Source: Thermococcus kodakarensis KOD1 | Lineage (GTDB): Archaea; Methanobacteriota_B; Thermococci; Thermococcales; Thermococcaceae | Direction of reading: 5' to 3' | Length of the DNA: 32,000 nucleotides | Assembly (NCBI RefSeq): GCF_000009965.1 | Contig: NC_006624.1 | Coordinates: forward strand, 630,001-662,000 | Part shown: piece after piece, positions 1 through 7,502 of the stretch | Layout: the number at the start of each line of letters is the position of its first letter | How positions within the stretch are numbered: position 1 is the first letter of the stretch | Translations under genes and position numbers: made by a program | The notes under the pieces: generated by a model | The model's input: the letters and a program-made list of their open reading frames with translations, nothing else | What the model was told of the DNA's origin: nothing | The model's database searches: none

Positions 1-1031
1 ATGATTCCCCTCGTCACGACGGTGCTCTCGTCCATTATGACTGCCTTGCTAGCGTTGATTCCGCTCGCTCCCGGCCCCTGGAGGAACATCCTGCCGCCGA
101 GGTCAACGTAAAAGTCCTTCTGGCCGAGGATTATGCCGTTCAGCTCGACGTGGCCGCCCTCCTCGACCCAGTAGTGTGGATCTCCTATGTTGCTCTTTCC
201 AGAGCCGAGGGTTACCGTCGTGTTGATGAAGCGCGCGCCCCTCCCTACCTTTGCTCTCGTCATGGGCCTCGTGTGGACGTACTCCGGCCAGTTCTGGAGG
301 ACTGTGAGCTGGGCCTTCGCCCCCTCGTGGAAGTAGGCCTCAGTCATGTCGAGATGTAGGGAGTGCTTGAGGAGTATCGGAGCGGTACAGCCCTCGATGA
401 GGTGGAACTCGGTGTTCCTCTCGGCTATGATGATTATGTGTGGCGCCTGGGCCAGCGCACTCTCCTGGATGAGGAAGAACAGGTGCAGCGGGAAGGGAAC
501 CTTCAAGCCTTCCTTCACGTAGAGGAATATTCCGCCGTTCCATACTGCCGTATGATAGGCAGTAAGCTTGCTCTCGTCTGCGCGGAAGAGCTTGAGGAAG
601 TGCTGCTTGACTATGTCGGGGTATTTTCTAACGGCCTCCTCCGTCGGGAGGACTATGAGGCCCTTCTTGGCCCAGTCCTGCAGGAACTGGTTGTATATGA
701 CGCCCGTGTCCGTCTGAACCGCAAGCCCGGCTATGTACTTCTGCTCCACCTCGCTTATGCCCAGCCTGTCGAGGAGGGCCTTCATCTCTGGCGGGAGGTC
801 GTCGAGGCTCTCTATATGGTCGGGAAGGCCTTTTACCTCTGGTTTGGCTATGAAGTGAAGGAGCTGCTCCTCGCTTATGACAGGGTCTTTGTGAGGTGCC
901 CTCTCAAAGGCTTCCAGCGCCTTGTACCTTATCTTTGTCATCCACTCCGGCTCTTTGTTCCTCCTTGCGAGCTCTTCAATCTGGTTCTCGATGATGGCCT
1001 TTGCATCGGCCATTGTTATAGTTTCAGTCAT
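1..1031 (-). CDS. sufB: Fe-S cluster assembly protein SufB (N-terminal ~343 codons; 3' end runs off the left edge)
   Basis: Absent from the ORF track because it has no stop inside the window. My own minus-strand translation from ATG 1031..1029 reads MTETITMADAKAIIENQIEELARRNKEPEWMTKIRYKALEAF...IIIAERNTEFHLIEGCTAPILLKHSLHLDMTEAYFHEGAKAQLTVLQNW... The FHLIEGCTAP block is the SufB signature region. The start overlaps the sufC stop as ATGA (1028-1031). The + ORF 363..1133 is its antisense shadow. Confidence 0.85.
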   Translation of the reverse strand, partial: MTETITMADAKAIIENQIEELARRNKEPEWMTKIRYKALEAFERAPHKDPVISEEQLLHFIAKPEVKGLPDHIESLDDLPPEMKALLDRLGISEVEQKYIAGLAVQTDTGVIYNQFLQDWAKKGLIVLPTEEAVRKYPDIVKQHFLKLFRADESKLTAYHTAVWNGGIFLYVKEGLKVPFPLHLFFLIQESALAQAPHIIIIAERNTEFHLIEGCTAPILLKHSLHLDMTEAYFHEGAKAQLTVLQNWPEYVHTRPMTRAKVGRGARFINTTVTLGSGKSNIGDPHYWVEEGGHVELNGIILGQKDFYVDLGGRMFLQGPGASGINASKAVIMDESTVVTRGI

Positions 1032-1768
1032 GCTCCCACCTCCTCGAATATCCTGGCAAACCCTTCGCGGTCTATCTGGTCAACGAGCTCGCCGGAGCCG
1101 GTCTTGACGATCCTGCCGTCCTTCATGACGTGAACCGTGAGCTTCTCCCTGTCGAGGTGGCCGAGGATTCTGCCGTAGTGTGTGATGAGGAGTATCGCCG
1201 TCCCGCGCTGGTGGAGCTCCTCTATCTTCCTGCTGATTATGCTGAGGGAATCCACATCAACGCCACTGTCCGGCTCATCCAAAATGAGAAGCTTCGGCTC
1301 GATGAGAAGTGCCTGAAGTAGCTCAAGCCTCTTCCTCTCACCACCGGAGAAGCCAACGTTCACGTAGCGGTGAAGGTCTTCCTCCTTGAACCAGAGCTCC
1401 TTGGCCTTTTCAACTACGAGATCGTAGGCCTCAGCGGGGTCCATTCCCTTCAGCTCCACGAGCACCTGCTGGAGGAACTCTATGACCTTAACTCCTTCGA
1501 CCTCGGGTGGAACCTGAAACGCGAGCAGAATCCCCCTCTTCGCCCTCTCGTCGGGACCGAGTTCGGTGATGTCTTCCCCCTCGAAGAGGATTTTTCCATC
1601 GGTAACTCTGTACTTGGGATGACCCGCTATCGTCAGGGCCAGCGTTGACTTTCCTGAGCCGTTCGGCCCCATGATTACATGAAACTCACCCGGGTTAACT
1701 TCAAGATCTACGCCCCTTAGAATCTCCTTGTCCTCAACTGAGACGTGAAGGTTCTCAACTTTGAGCAT
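1028..1768 (-). CDS. sufC: Fe-S cluster assembly ATPase SufC
   Basis: Track ORF 1028..1846 carries Walker A GPNGSGKSTL, ABC signature FSGGERKR, Walker B LLILDEPDSGVD and H-loop ITHY, with a SufC-like N-terminus MLKVENLHVSV. The track ORF begins at a GTG. I moved the start to ATG 1768 (codon 27) because GGAGGTGAG lies directly upstream (3-nt spacer). Confidence 0.92.
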   Translation of the reverse strand: MLKVENLHVSVEDKEILRGVDLEVNPGEFHVIMGPNGSGKSTLALTIAGHPKYRVTDGKILFEGEDITELGPDERAKRGILLAFQVPPEVEGVKVIEFLQQVLVELKGMDPAEAYDLVVEKAKELWFKEEDLHRYVNVGFSGGERKRLELLQALLIEPKLLILDEPDSGVDVDSLSIISRKIEELHQRGTAILLITHYGRILGHLDREKLTVHVMKDGRIVKTGSGELVDQIDREGFARIFEEVGA

Positions 1769-1892
1769 TCGCTCACCTCCGTGGGTAACGTTGATGGGAC
1801 GTTTTTTAAGCATTTTGGAACAGACTTGTGTAATGAGCATATGCACAAGGCTTTTAACTTAGGCTTTCCTAACTCCGATGGAGGTGAAGGAC

Positions 1893-2357
1893 ATGAGGAT
1901 AATCGTATCAACCGTTACCGGAGGGCTCGACGACAGGGTGAACCCGGCCTTTGGAAGAACGCCGACGTTCACGATCGTGGACGTTGAGAACGGAGAGATA
2001 GTGAACGTTCAGGTGGTACCGAACCCCGGCTACTCACAGCCGAGGGGAGCGGGGGTTACGGCGGCGCAGTTCGTCATAGACCAGGGCGCCGACGTTGTCA
2101 TTGCTGGCCAGTTCGGCCCCAACTCCTCGGGAGTTCTCCAGGCCGCGGGCATAAAGATGGTCTCGGCCCCGGCCACCATGACCGTCAGGGAGGCCGTTGA
2201 GGCATTCCTCAGGGGAGAGCTGACCACTGCGGTCTTCGGTCCCGAGGGCGGAATGGGACCAGGCATGGGACGCGGTATGGGCGGCATGGGTAGAGGAATG
2301 GGCCGTGGTAGAGGCGGTGGAATGGGAGGCGGCAGAGGAGGCGGATGGGGCTGGTGA
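1893..2357 (+). CDS. NifB/NifX-family (FeMo-cofactor-binding-fold) protein with a Gly/Arg/Met-rich C-terminal tail
   Basis: Track ORF 1878..2357; start moved to ATG 1893 (GGAGGTGA 5 nt upstream). MRIIVSTVTGGLDDRVNPAFGRTPTFTIVD...VIAGQFGPNSSGVLQAAGIKM fits the NifX/NafY-like fold found in non-diazotrophic archaea. The last 36 aa are GGMGPGMGRGMGGMGRGMGRGRGGGMGGGRGGGWGW. Confidence 0.7.
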   Translation: MRIIVSTVTGGLDDRVNPAFGRTPTFTIVDVENGEIVNVQVVPNPGYSQPRGAGVTAAQFVIDQGADVVIAGQFGPNSSGVLQAAGIKMVSAPATMTVREAVEAFLRGELTTAVFGPEGGMGPGMGRGMGGMGRGMGRGRGGGMGGGRGGGWGW

Positions 2358-2436
2358 GGCCCTTCACTAACTACTTCTACTTTTCTTTCTGACAAAACTT
2401 TAAATCTCTTCACGACCAAAAAAACAACGGTGAACA

Positions 2437-2637
2437 ATGATGGAGATTATTGAGGCCGTTTACGAGAACGGCGTCCTGATACCCCTGAAAAAACCCAAAC
2501 TTAAGGAGCACTCAAAAGTCATTATCAAGATAATAGATGAGGAAGAACTTGATAAGCTTCTAGACTCACTCATCATTGAGAAGGTTGAGAACATAGACTA
2601 CAAAAGGCTTAAGGAGGCCTATTATGAGTCGCTCTGA
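2437..2637 (+). CDS. DUF104 / AF2212-like antitoxin (partner of the downstream PIN toxin)
   Basis: 66 aa. MMEIIEAVYENGVLIPLKKPKLKEHSKVIIKI matches the DUF104 antitoxin N-terminal pattern (IEAxYENGVLKPL). It overlaps the PIN gene by 14 nt. A CTTTAAAT TATA-like box and a GGTGAAC SD lie upstream. Confidence 0.7.
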   Translation: MMEIIEAVYENGVLIPLKKPKLKEHSKVIIKIIDEEELDKLLDSLIIEKVENIDYKRLKEAYYESL

Positions 2638-3106
2638 GGTCTTCGTGGACTCTTCTGTCCTCGTTGGGCTGAATCTAGGAGACGAAAAAGCGAAGAAGCT
2701 CGTGAAGTCCCTCATCGAGGAGGGCCATGCCCTTGTTATAAACCCAATAGTATTTTCCGAAACAGCTTACAAGGTTATGTTCACTCTCGCTATCAGAGAT
2801 GGGCTGAAAGGTGTCTACGACCTCAAGAAACACTTGGATGAGTACACGTGGGTTTATGAAAAGGTCAGGGACTCAATTGAGAAGCTCGTGAAGAGCGGAT
2901 TTTTGAGGGTTCTTGAAATTGATTGGCAAATCTCAAGGCTCTCTGCCGAGCTCGGGGAGAAATATGGTTTGCTGACCAACGATGCCATGATAGTAGCCAC
3001 CTGCAAGTCCTATGGAATAGAGAAGATAGCAACTTTTGACAGCGACTTTGAGAAGGTTGATTTCCTGGAAGTTATCTCTCCTTTAATCTCAGAACAAGAT
3101 GGATAA
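2624..3106 (+). CDS. vapC: PIN-domain ribonuclease toxin (VapC family)
   Basis: 160 aa. The PIN acidic residues are in their expected contexts: FVDSSVL (D9), FSET, LTNDAMIVA, ATFDSDF. The gene is translationally coupled to the upstream small antitoxin gene. Confidence 0.8.
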   Translation: MSRSEVFVDSSVLVGLNLGDEKAKKLVKSLIEEGHALVINPIVFSETAYKVMFTLAIRDGLKGVYDLKKHLDEYTWVYEKVRDSIEKLVKSGFLRVLEIDWQISRLSAELGEKYGLLTNDAMIVATCKSYGIEKIATFDSDFEKVDFLEVISPLISEQDG

Positions 3107-3127
3107 CGAAACTGTTTGGTGAGCAGT

Positions 3128-3940
3128 ATGAAGGTCACAATCCTATTTGAAAACCACGCCGGCTGGAGGAAGGGCCTGATCGGCTACCACGGCTTTTCTG
3201 CCCTCGTTGAGCACAACGGCCACAGGGTTCTCGTGGATACTGGCACGGACGGTAGGGTGCTCCTCAACAACATACGGGAACTTGGGGTTGAGCTGGACTC
3301 GATAGATGCCCTCTTCATAACCCACGGCCACTACGACCATACAGGCGGAATAGCCGAGCTGCTCAAAGCTCGGAGCGAACCGCTCGACGTTTACGCCCAC
3401 CCAGGGATCTTCGCCAGAAGGATAGCCCTAAAGCCGAGGCGGAGGGAGATAGGGATCCCCTTCACGAGGAAGGAGCTTGAGAGCCTTGGGGCAGTCTTCC
3501 ACCTGAGCGAGAAGCCCTTCGAGTTCCTTCCGGGCTTCATCTCCTCCGGAAAGATTGAGAGAAAAACATGGGACAGGGCCGTTGGCTACCTTGTTGAAGA
3601 CGGAAAAGAAGTCAAAGACCCTGTTAAAGATGACATCGCACTCATACTTGATCTTGGAGACAGCGTGGCCGTTATAACGGGCTGCGGGCACAGCGGAATC
3701 CTCAACATTGCTCGGCATGCGATAGACCTGACTAGAAAACCGATAAAGGCCCTGATCGGCGGTTTTCACCTGAGGGGAGCACCTGAGCATCTCTTGGACG
3801 ATGCCGTTGAAGGGCTCAGGGAGCTCGGCGTGGGAACTCTCTACGCTGGCCACTGCACAGGAATAGATGAGTACGCCTATCTCAAGGAGCACTTTGGGCT
3901 TGCGGAGCCTCTATTCGTTGGGAAGGAGATTAGGGTATAG
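3128..3940 (+). CDS. Metallo-beta-lactamase-fold protein (COG1237-like)
   Basis: Track ORF 3116..3940 starts at TTG; I prefer ATG 3128 (MKVTILFENHA...). The HxHxDH motif appears as ITHGHYDHTGG. The N-terminal pattern HGFSALVE..G..VLVDTG is typical of this archaeal MBL family. Confidence 0.75.
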   Translation: MKVTILFENHAGWRKGLIGYHGFSALVEHNGHRVLVDTGTDGRVLLNNIRELGVELDSIDALFITHGHYDHTGGIAELLKARSEPLDVYAHPGIFARRIALKPRRREIGIPFTRKELESLGAVFHLSEKPFEFLPGFISSGKIERKTWDRAVGYLVEDGKEVKDPVKDDIALILDLGDSVAVITGCGHSGILNIARHAIDLTRKPIKALIGGFHLRGAPEHLLDDAVEGLRELGVGTLYAGHCTGIDEYAYLKEHFGLAEPLFVGKEIRV

Positions 3941-3979
3941 TTTTTTACCTTTGGAATCAAACCATTCTTGGTGATGTGG

Positions 3980-4771
3980 ATGCTTGGTATAGACCTCTCT
4001 GGGAAGCTGGCCTTCACGACAGCCTCAAGCAAGGGCATAGGCTTCGGCGTTGCGAGGGTTCTGGCAAAGGCTGGAGCGGACGTAGTACTCCTATCCAGAA
4101 GCGAGGAGAACCTGAAGAGGGCAAAGGAGAAGATCAGGGCCGCGAGCGATGTTGAGGTGAGCTACATCGTTGCAGACCTCACCAGGAGGGAAGACCTTGA
4201 GAGAACGGTGAAGGAACTTAAAGATATCGGCGAACCCGACATATTCTTCTTCTCCACAGGCGGGCCCAAGCCTGGCTACTTCATGGAGATGGACATGGAG
4301 GACTGGGAAGGGGCAGTTAAGCTTCTCCTCTATCCTGCGGTCTATCTCACGAGGGCACTCGTTCCGGCTATGGAGCGGAAGGGCTTCGGAAGGATAGTCT
4401 ACTCCACAAGCGTCGCCATAAAGGAGCCGATACCCAACATAGCGCTGAGCAATGTCGTGAGGATTTCGATGGCTGGCCTCGTGAGAACGCTCGCGAAAGA
4501 GCTCGGGCCGAAGGGGATAACCGTCAACGGCATAATGCCCGGCATCATAAAGACAGACAGGATGATACGGCTGGCCAAGGACAGGGCCCAGAGGGAAGGC
4601 AAGACCGTTGAGGAGGCGCTCCAGGAGTACGCGAAGCCAATACCTCTCGGAAGGCTGGGAGAACCAGAGGAGATAGGCTACCTCGTGGCCTTCTTGGCCA
4701 GCGACCTCGGGGGTTACATAAACGGCTCCATGATTCCGGTTGATGGTGGAAGGCTCAACTCGGTATTCTGA
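3980..4771 (+). CDS. Short-chain dehydrogenase/reductase (SDR) family protein, with a non-canonical catalytic dyad
   Basis: Track ORF 3968..4771; I prefer ATG 3980 (GGTGAT upstream). Dinucleotide motif TASSKGIGFG, the GITVNGIMPGIIKTD block and the C-terminal GSMIPVDGG are SDR hallmarks. Aligned by eye to E. coli FabG (NYAAAK), the Tyr/Lys positions read S-N-V-V-R. Confidence 0.85.
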   Translation: MLGIDLSGKLAFTTASSKGIGFGVARVLAKAGADVVLLSRSEENLKRAKEKIRAASDVEVSYIVADLTRREDLERTVKELKDIGEPDIFFFSTGGPKPGYFMEMDMEDWEGAVKLLLYPAVYLTRALVPAMERKGFGRIVYSTSVAIKEPIPNIALSNVVRISMAGLVRTLAKELGPKGITVNGIMPGIIKTDRMIRLAKDRAQREGKTVEEALQEYAKPIPLGRLGEPEEIGYLVAFLASDLGGYINGSMIPVDGGRLNSVF

Positions 4772-4821
4772 GCTCGCTTTCTTCGCATCCATCTCTATTT
4801 TTGGAGATTTCGAGCTAAGAC

Positions 4822-5854
4822 TCATTCCAGAATTCTCCTCAACAACATATACTCCCTCTCATCCAGGGCGTTTTTGTCAATAACAACTATGAGCGCCCCT
4901 TTGTTGGAGATAATATAATCTCTTACCGTGCTCATCATCTTTGCTATCGACGGGAATTCGTTGTGTATTCTAAGGTATTCCAACCCCTCCACAAGCACAA
5001 TGCCCTTGACACCGCTTCTTTCTGCCTCCAGGAGATATCTGTGGACTGTCTCGACCATTTTATAAAGGTCGGTCGGCCGGATTGTGTTTGGAATCTCCAT
5101 ATTGTTCGCTGTGGTGAAGAAAAAGGGTTTCCAGCTCTCTGGGGGCTTTAAAGTTCTCAGAAACGCAAGAACGGGGACGTTTTCCAGCTGGGCTTTGATA
5201 TTTTTGAAGTCCTCTGGCGAAATTATTTGGACCCCTTCAAACTCCGGTATCTCGATGTTCTTCACATCGTAGTCCCTTAGGAAGCGCGGGCTGAAGATTA
5301 CCCGGTAGTAGAAGTAAAGCGAGCCTATTCCAAGCACTACCGCGACTATCTGAACCGAAGGCAGCAGCTTATGTGCCGTGAGGCCGTACTGGTATGGTAG
5401 GGGGTAGATTATGGAAAGCAGGCCCGAGAGCGAGACAAAAGTTCCTGGAGAGCACGTCCATCCCGAGTATTCCAAGCATCATTATCAAAAATCCGCCGAG
5501 GAAGTATATATCCCAGGGGAGGTCTTTTTCGAGTATGCTATCGGCCACACCGAGGATGAGTAGAAGGATGAAAGCGGCCCTGTAGAGTCCTTTCATAAAA
5601 GGACGCGATGAGTCTTCCCATATCAGATAAAAGAGACCCGCAGAAGCCAGGGCAAAGGCAAGCGCGATGAAGAAGTTCTCAACGCTCATGCCAGCAAGGT
5701 CAAAGACCACCTCGAAGATTCCCGCGACATGGGTGAGCGCGAGAAAGAGGGCGAATTTCCTCCTACTCATGTGATAGGCGTACAGAAACATGGAAGCACC
5801 GAACGTTCTCACCGCTATCAGCGAGACGGCACCTATCACCGAGGAATTCACCAT
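4822..5854 (-). pseudogene. DUF835-domain membrane protein, split into two overlapping frames (apparent frameshift)
   Basis: ORF 5369..5854 encodes a polytopic membrane N-terminal part (ATG start). ORF 4822..5475 is offset by +1 and begins only at a TTG, preceded by TGA TAA TGA in its frame. It encodes one more TM segment plus a C-terminal DUF835-like domain (IRPTDLYKMVETVHRYL...IVLVEGLEYLRIHNEFPSIAKMMSTVRDYI...IVVIDKNALDEREYMLLRRILE). Full-length DUF835 proteins of Thermococcales have exactly this TM-plus-DUF835 layout. Confidence 0.6.
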
Positions 5855-5891
5855 ACTCCCTTCCCCTCAGATATGACGCTATGTTATGCAG

Positions 5892-5900
5892 TTATATAAA
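5892..5900 (-). promoter_or_regulatory. TATA box (TTTATATAA on the minus strand) for the DUF835 gene
   Basis: The plus strand reads TTATATAAA at 5892-5900, i.e. TTTATATAA on the minus strand. It lies ~40-45 nt upstream of ATG 5854, with GAGGGGAAGGGAG (SD-like) in between. Confidence 0.4.
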
Positions 5901-5940
5901 CCTTTGCGGAATGGGGAAGAGGGCTATGCAACTTTTTTCC

Positions 5941-6267
5941 CTATCTCCCGGCAACCTTCTCGTAGGCCCGCTTTATCCTCTCGTAGCTCCCCTTTGTGAA
6001 CGTGCACTCCTTCACGCAGACCGAACAGCCGAGGGTTCTTGAGAAGACGACGGCGCACTTCGTGTAATCTATGTGCACCTCCCGGCTGTTCTCCCTCTTC
6101 GGCGTGATGTATATCGCCTGGGCCGGGCAGGCTCTAACGCAAGCGTTGCAGCGGTCGCAGAAGTCTGGAATCCACTCGTATTCCCGAACGCGCTCTTCGG
6201 TGAGGTGGCCATAGGAGCTACTCTCTATCCGTTCTTCTCCCCCTGGGGGATCCTCGTTATCCTTCCC
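5941..6267 (-). pseudogene. C-terminal fragment of a 2x[4Fe-4S] ferredoxin-domain protein, with no usable start codon
   Basis: My own minus-strand translation is open from an upstream TAG (6270-6268) to TAG (5943-5941): ...SSSYGHLTEERVREYEWIPDFCDRCNACVRACPAQAIYITPKRENSREVHIDYTKCAVVFSRTLGCSVCVKECTFTKGSYERIKRAYEKVAGR*. It has a canonical CxxCxxCxxxCP and a second Cys cluster, with native-looking codon usage (AGG/AGA, ATA, AAG). The first ATG/GTG/TTG in frame is GTG 6078, downstream of the first cluster. That is why it is missing from the ORF track. Confidence 0.55.
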
Positions 6268-7101
6268 CTATACGGCCTCCACGCGCTCGTTCTTGCTTCC
6301 ATAGTCTACCGCTTCGGCAGGCCACGCTTCGAGACCCTATATTTGGCGGGCGTCATCTTCGGCCTCTACGAGGCGTACATCACCAAGATAATCTGGAACC
6401 CGGACTGGGAGTCCCCGATTCAGGTGGGCGGAATCAGCATCCTTGAGCTTCTCGTTGTTGTGTTCTTCTGGCATCCATTCATGTCCTTCATGATGGCCGT
6501 TGGGACTGCCGAACTGCTGACTTCAAGGAGAAAGCTACTTCCAGAATTCGTCTTAAAACGGCCCCTTCTCTTTGCCATGGTTCTTGGGGCCCTGGAGAGC
6601 TCAAACTCTCCCTCGCCAGTTCATTCATTTCTATCCCTGGCCTCAACGCTGGCGGTGATTCTCCTCCTCGTGCGGTGGTGGAGAAACCGCTATGAAGGAG
6701 AAAACCTGGACGACCTCCTTCCCACGCTGGGGGAACTAAAGTTTCTCGTCCCCATCCTTTTGGCGTATTACATTGCTCTGGGCCTGGGAATAAAAAGGGA
6801 AGCAATACCCGGGCTTGGAGCTCAGGCCTTTGTCTGGTTCCTCTACGCCCTCACGTTCTATCTCCTTTACAGGGCGCTCAAGAAGTCGAGGGGACTGGAT
6901 GTTGAGCAGACTGCCGCCCCATCGTTGAGAAAGCTGGTCGTGCTCTCGGCTGTTTGGATTATCTCTGGAGTTGCATTCTCCACCCTGGAGCTTTTCATCC
7001 CCGAGTTAAAGTTCGTGATAATCGCCCTTCTCTGGCTCTTTGGGGCCGTAGTAGGCCTTGTAAGCTTCTTCAGGAGTGCACAGTGGGCACTGGCGGAGTG
7101 A
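6205..7101 (+). CDS. Polytopic membrane protein of unknown function (5' end uncertain)
   Basis: Track ORF 6073..7101. The hydrophobic TM pattern and normal codon usage begin around 6205 (ATLYPFFSPWGILVILPLYGLHALVLASIVY...). The first 44 codons are antisense to the 4Fe-4S fragment and use CGG/CGT/CGC Arg codons that are atypical here, so ATG 6073 is probably not the start. GTG 6205 is the first in-frame alternative, but its SD-like GGTGAG abuts it with no spacer. Confidence 0.55.
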   Translation: MAIGATLYPFFSPWGILVILPLYGLHALVLASIVYRFGRPRFETLYLAGVIFGLYEAYITKIIWNPDWESPIQVGGISILELLVVVFFWHPFMSFMMAVGTAELLTSRRKLLPEFVLKRPLLFAMVLGALESSNSPSPVHSFLSLASTLAVILLLVRWWRNRYEGENLDDLLPTLGELKFLVPILLAYYIALGLGIKREAIPGLGAQAFVWFLYALTFYLLYRALKKSRGLDVEQTAAPSLRKLVVLSAVWIISGVAFSTLELFIPELKFVIIALLWLFGAVVGLVSFFRSAQWALAE

Positions 7102-7149
7102 GACACCTTTTTATACGGCAGCGTGCTAGATAACAGGAGGTGTTAAGGA

Positions 7150-7458
7150 ATGGCTATTATGAGGCTGTGGCACGGGCGCGTGCCGAGGGAGAAGAGAGAC
7201 GCCTACGAGCGCTTTTTGATAGAGAGGGCGGTTCCGGACTACAGCTCCGTCGAAGGGCTTTTGAAGCTCTACTTCACGAGGCGGGACGAGGAGAAAGAAA
7301 CCCACTTCCTGCTCGTGACGATATGGGATTCATGGGAGTCCATCAAGAAGTTCGCGGGAGAAAATCCAGAGCTGGCCAAGTACTACCCGGAGGACGACGA
7401 GTTCCTGCTTGAGAAGGAGAAGTACGTCCAGCACTACGAGATATTCTATGAGAAGTGA
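7150..7458 (+). CDS. ABM-domain (antibiotic-biosynthesis-monooxygenase-like, ferredoxin-like fold) small protein
   Basis: 102 aa. GGAGGTG lies 8 nt upstream of ATG 7150. The pattern RLWHGRVP...AYERFL...HFLLVTIWDSWESIKKFAG is typical of ABM/Dabb-type domains. Confidence 0.6.
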   Translation: MAIMRLWHGRVPREKRDAYERFLIERAVPDYSSVEGLLKLYFTRRDEEKETHFLLVTIWDSWESIKKFAGENPELAKYYPEDDEFLLEKEKYVQHYEIFYEK

Positions 7459-7502
7459 GCAAGCTTTTAATTTTTGGACCCCAATAATTTTTGGTGATGG
7501 GG

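Noticed and set aside
363-1133. 256-aa + strand ORF covering most of the left end
   Set aside because: It is the antisense shadow of sufB. Its L/E/V/R-rich composition lacks any recognisable motif, while the opposite strand gives a clean SufB translation coupled to sufC.
2030-2437. Proline-rich 135-aa minus-strand ORF (PPPLPPPIPPPLPRPIPLP...)
   Set aside because: It is the mirror image of the Gly/Arg/Met repeat tail of the NifX-like gene, so the low complexity arises from reading GGN repeats in reverse.
4091-4825. 244-aa minus-strand ORF antisense to the SDR gene. The same class includes 14995..15582 +, 21277..21996 -, 22941..23738 +, 26682..27188 + and 28144..28773 +.
   Set aside because: All lie fully inside strongly supported genes on the other strand and show R/P/L/G-rich shadow composition without motifs or start signals.
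6073-6204. ATG 6073 as the start of the membrane protein
   Set aside because: These 44 codons are antisense to the ferredoxin-motif fragment, use atypical Arg codons, and precede the first TM segment. They are most likely a spurious 5' extension.
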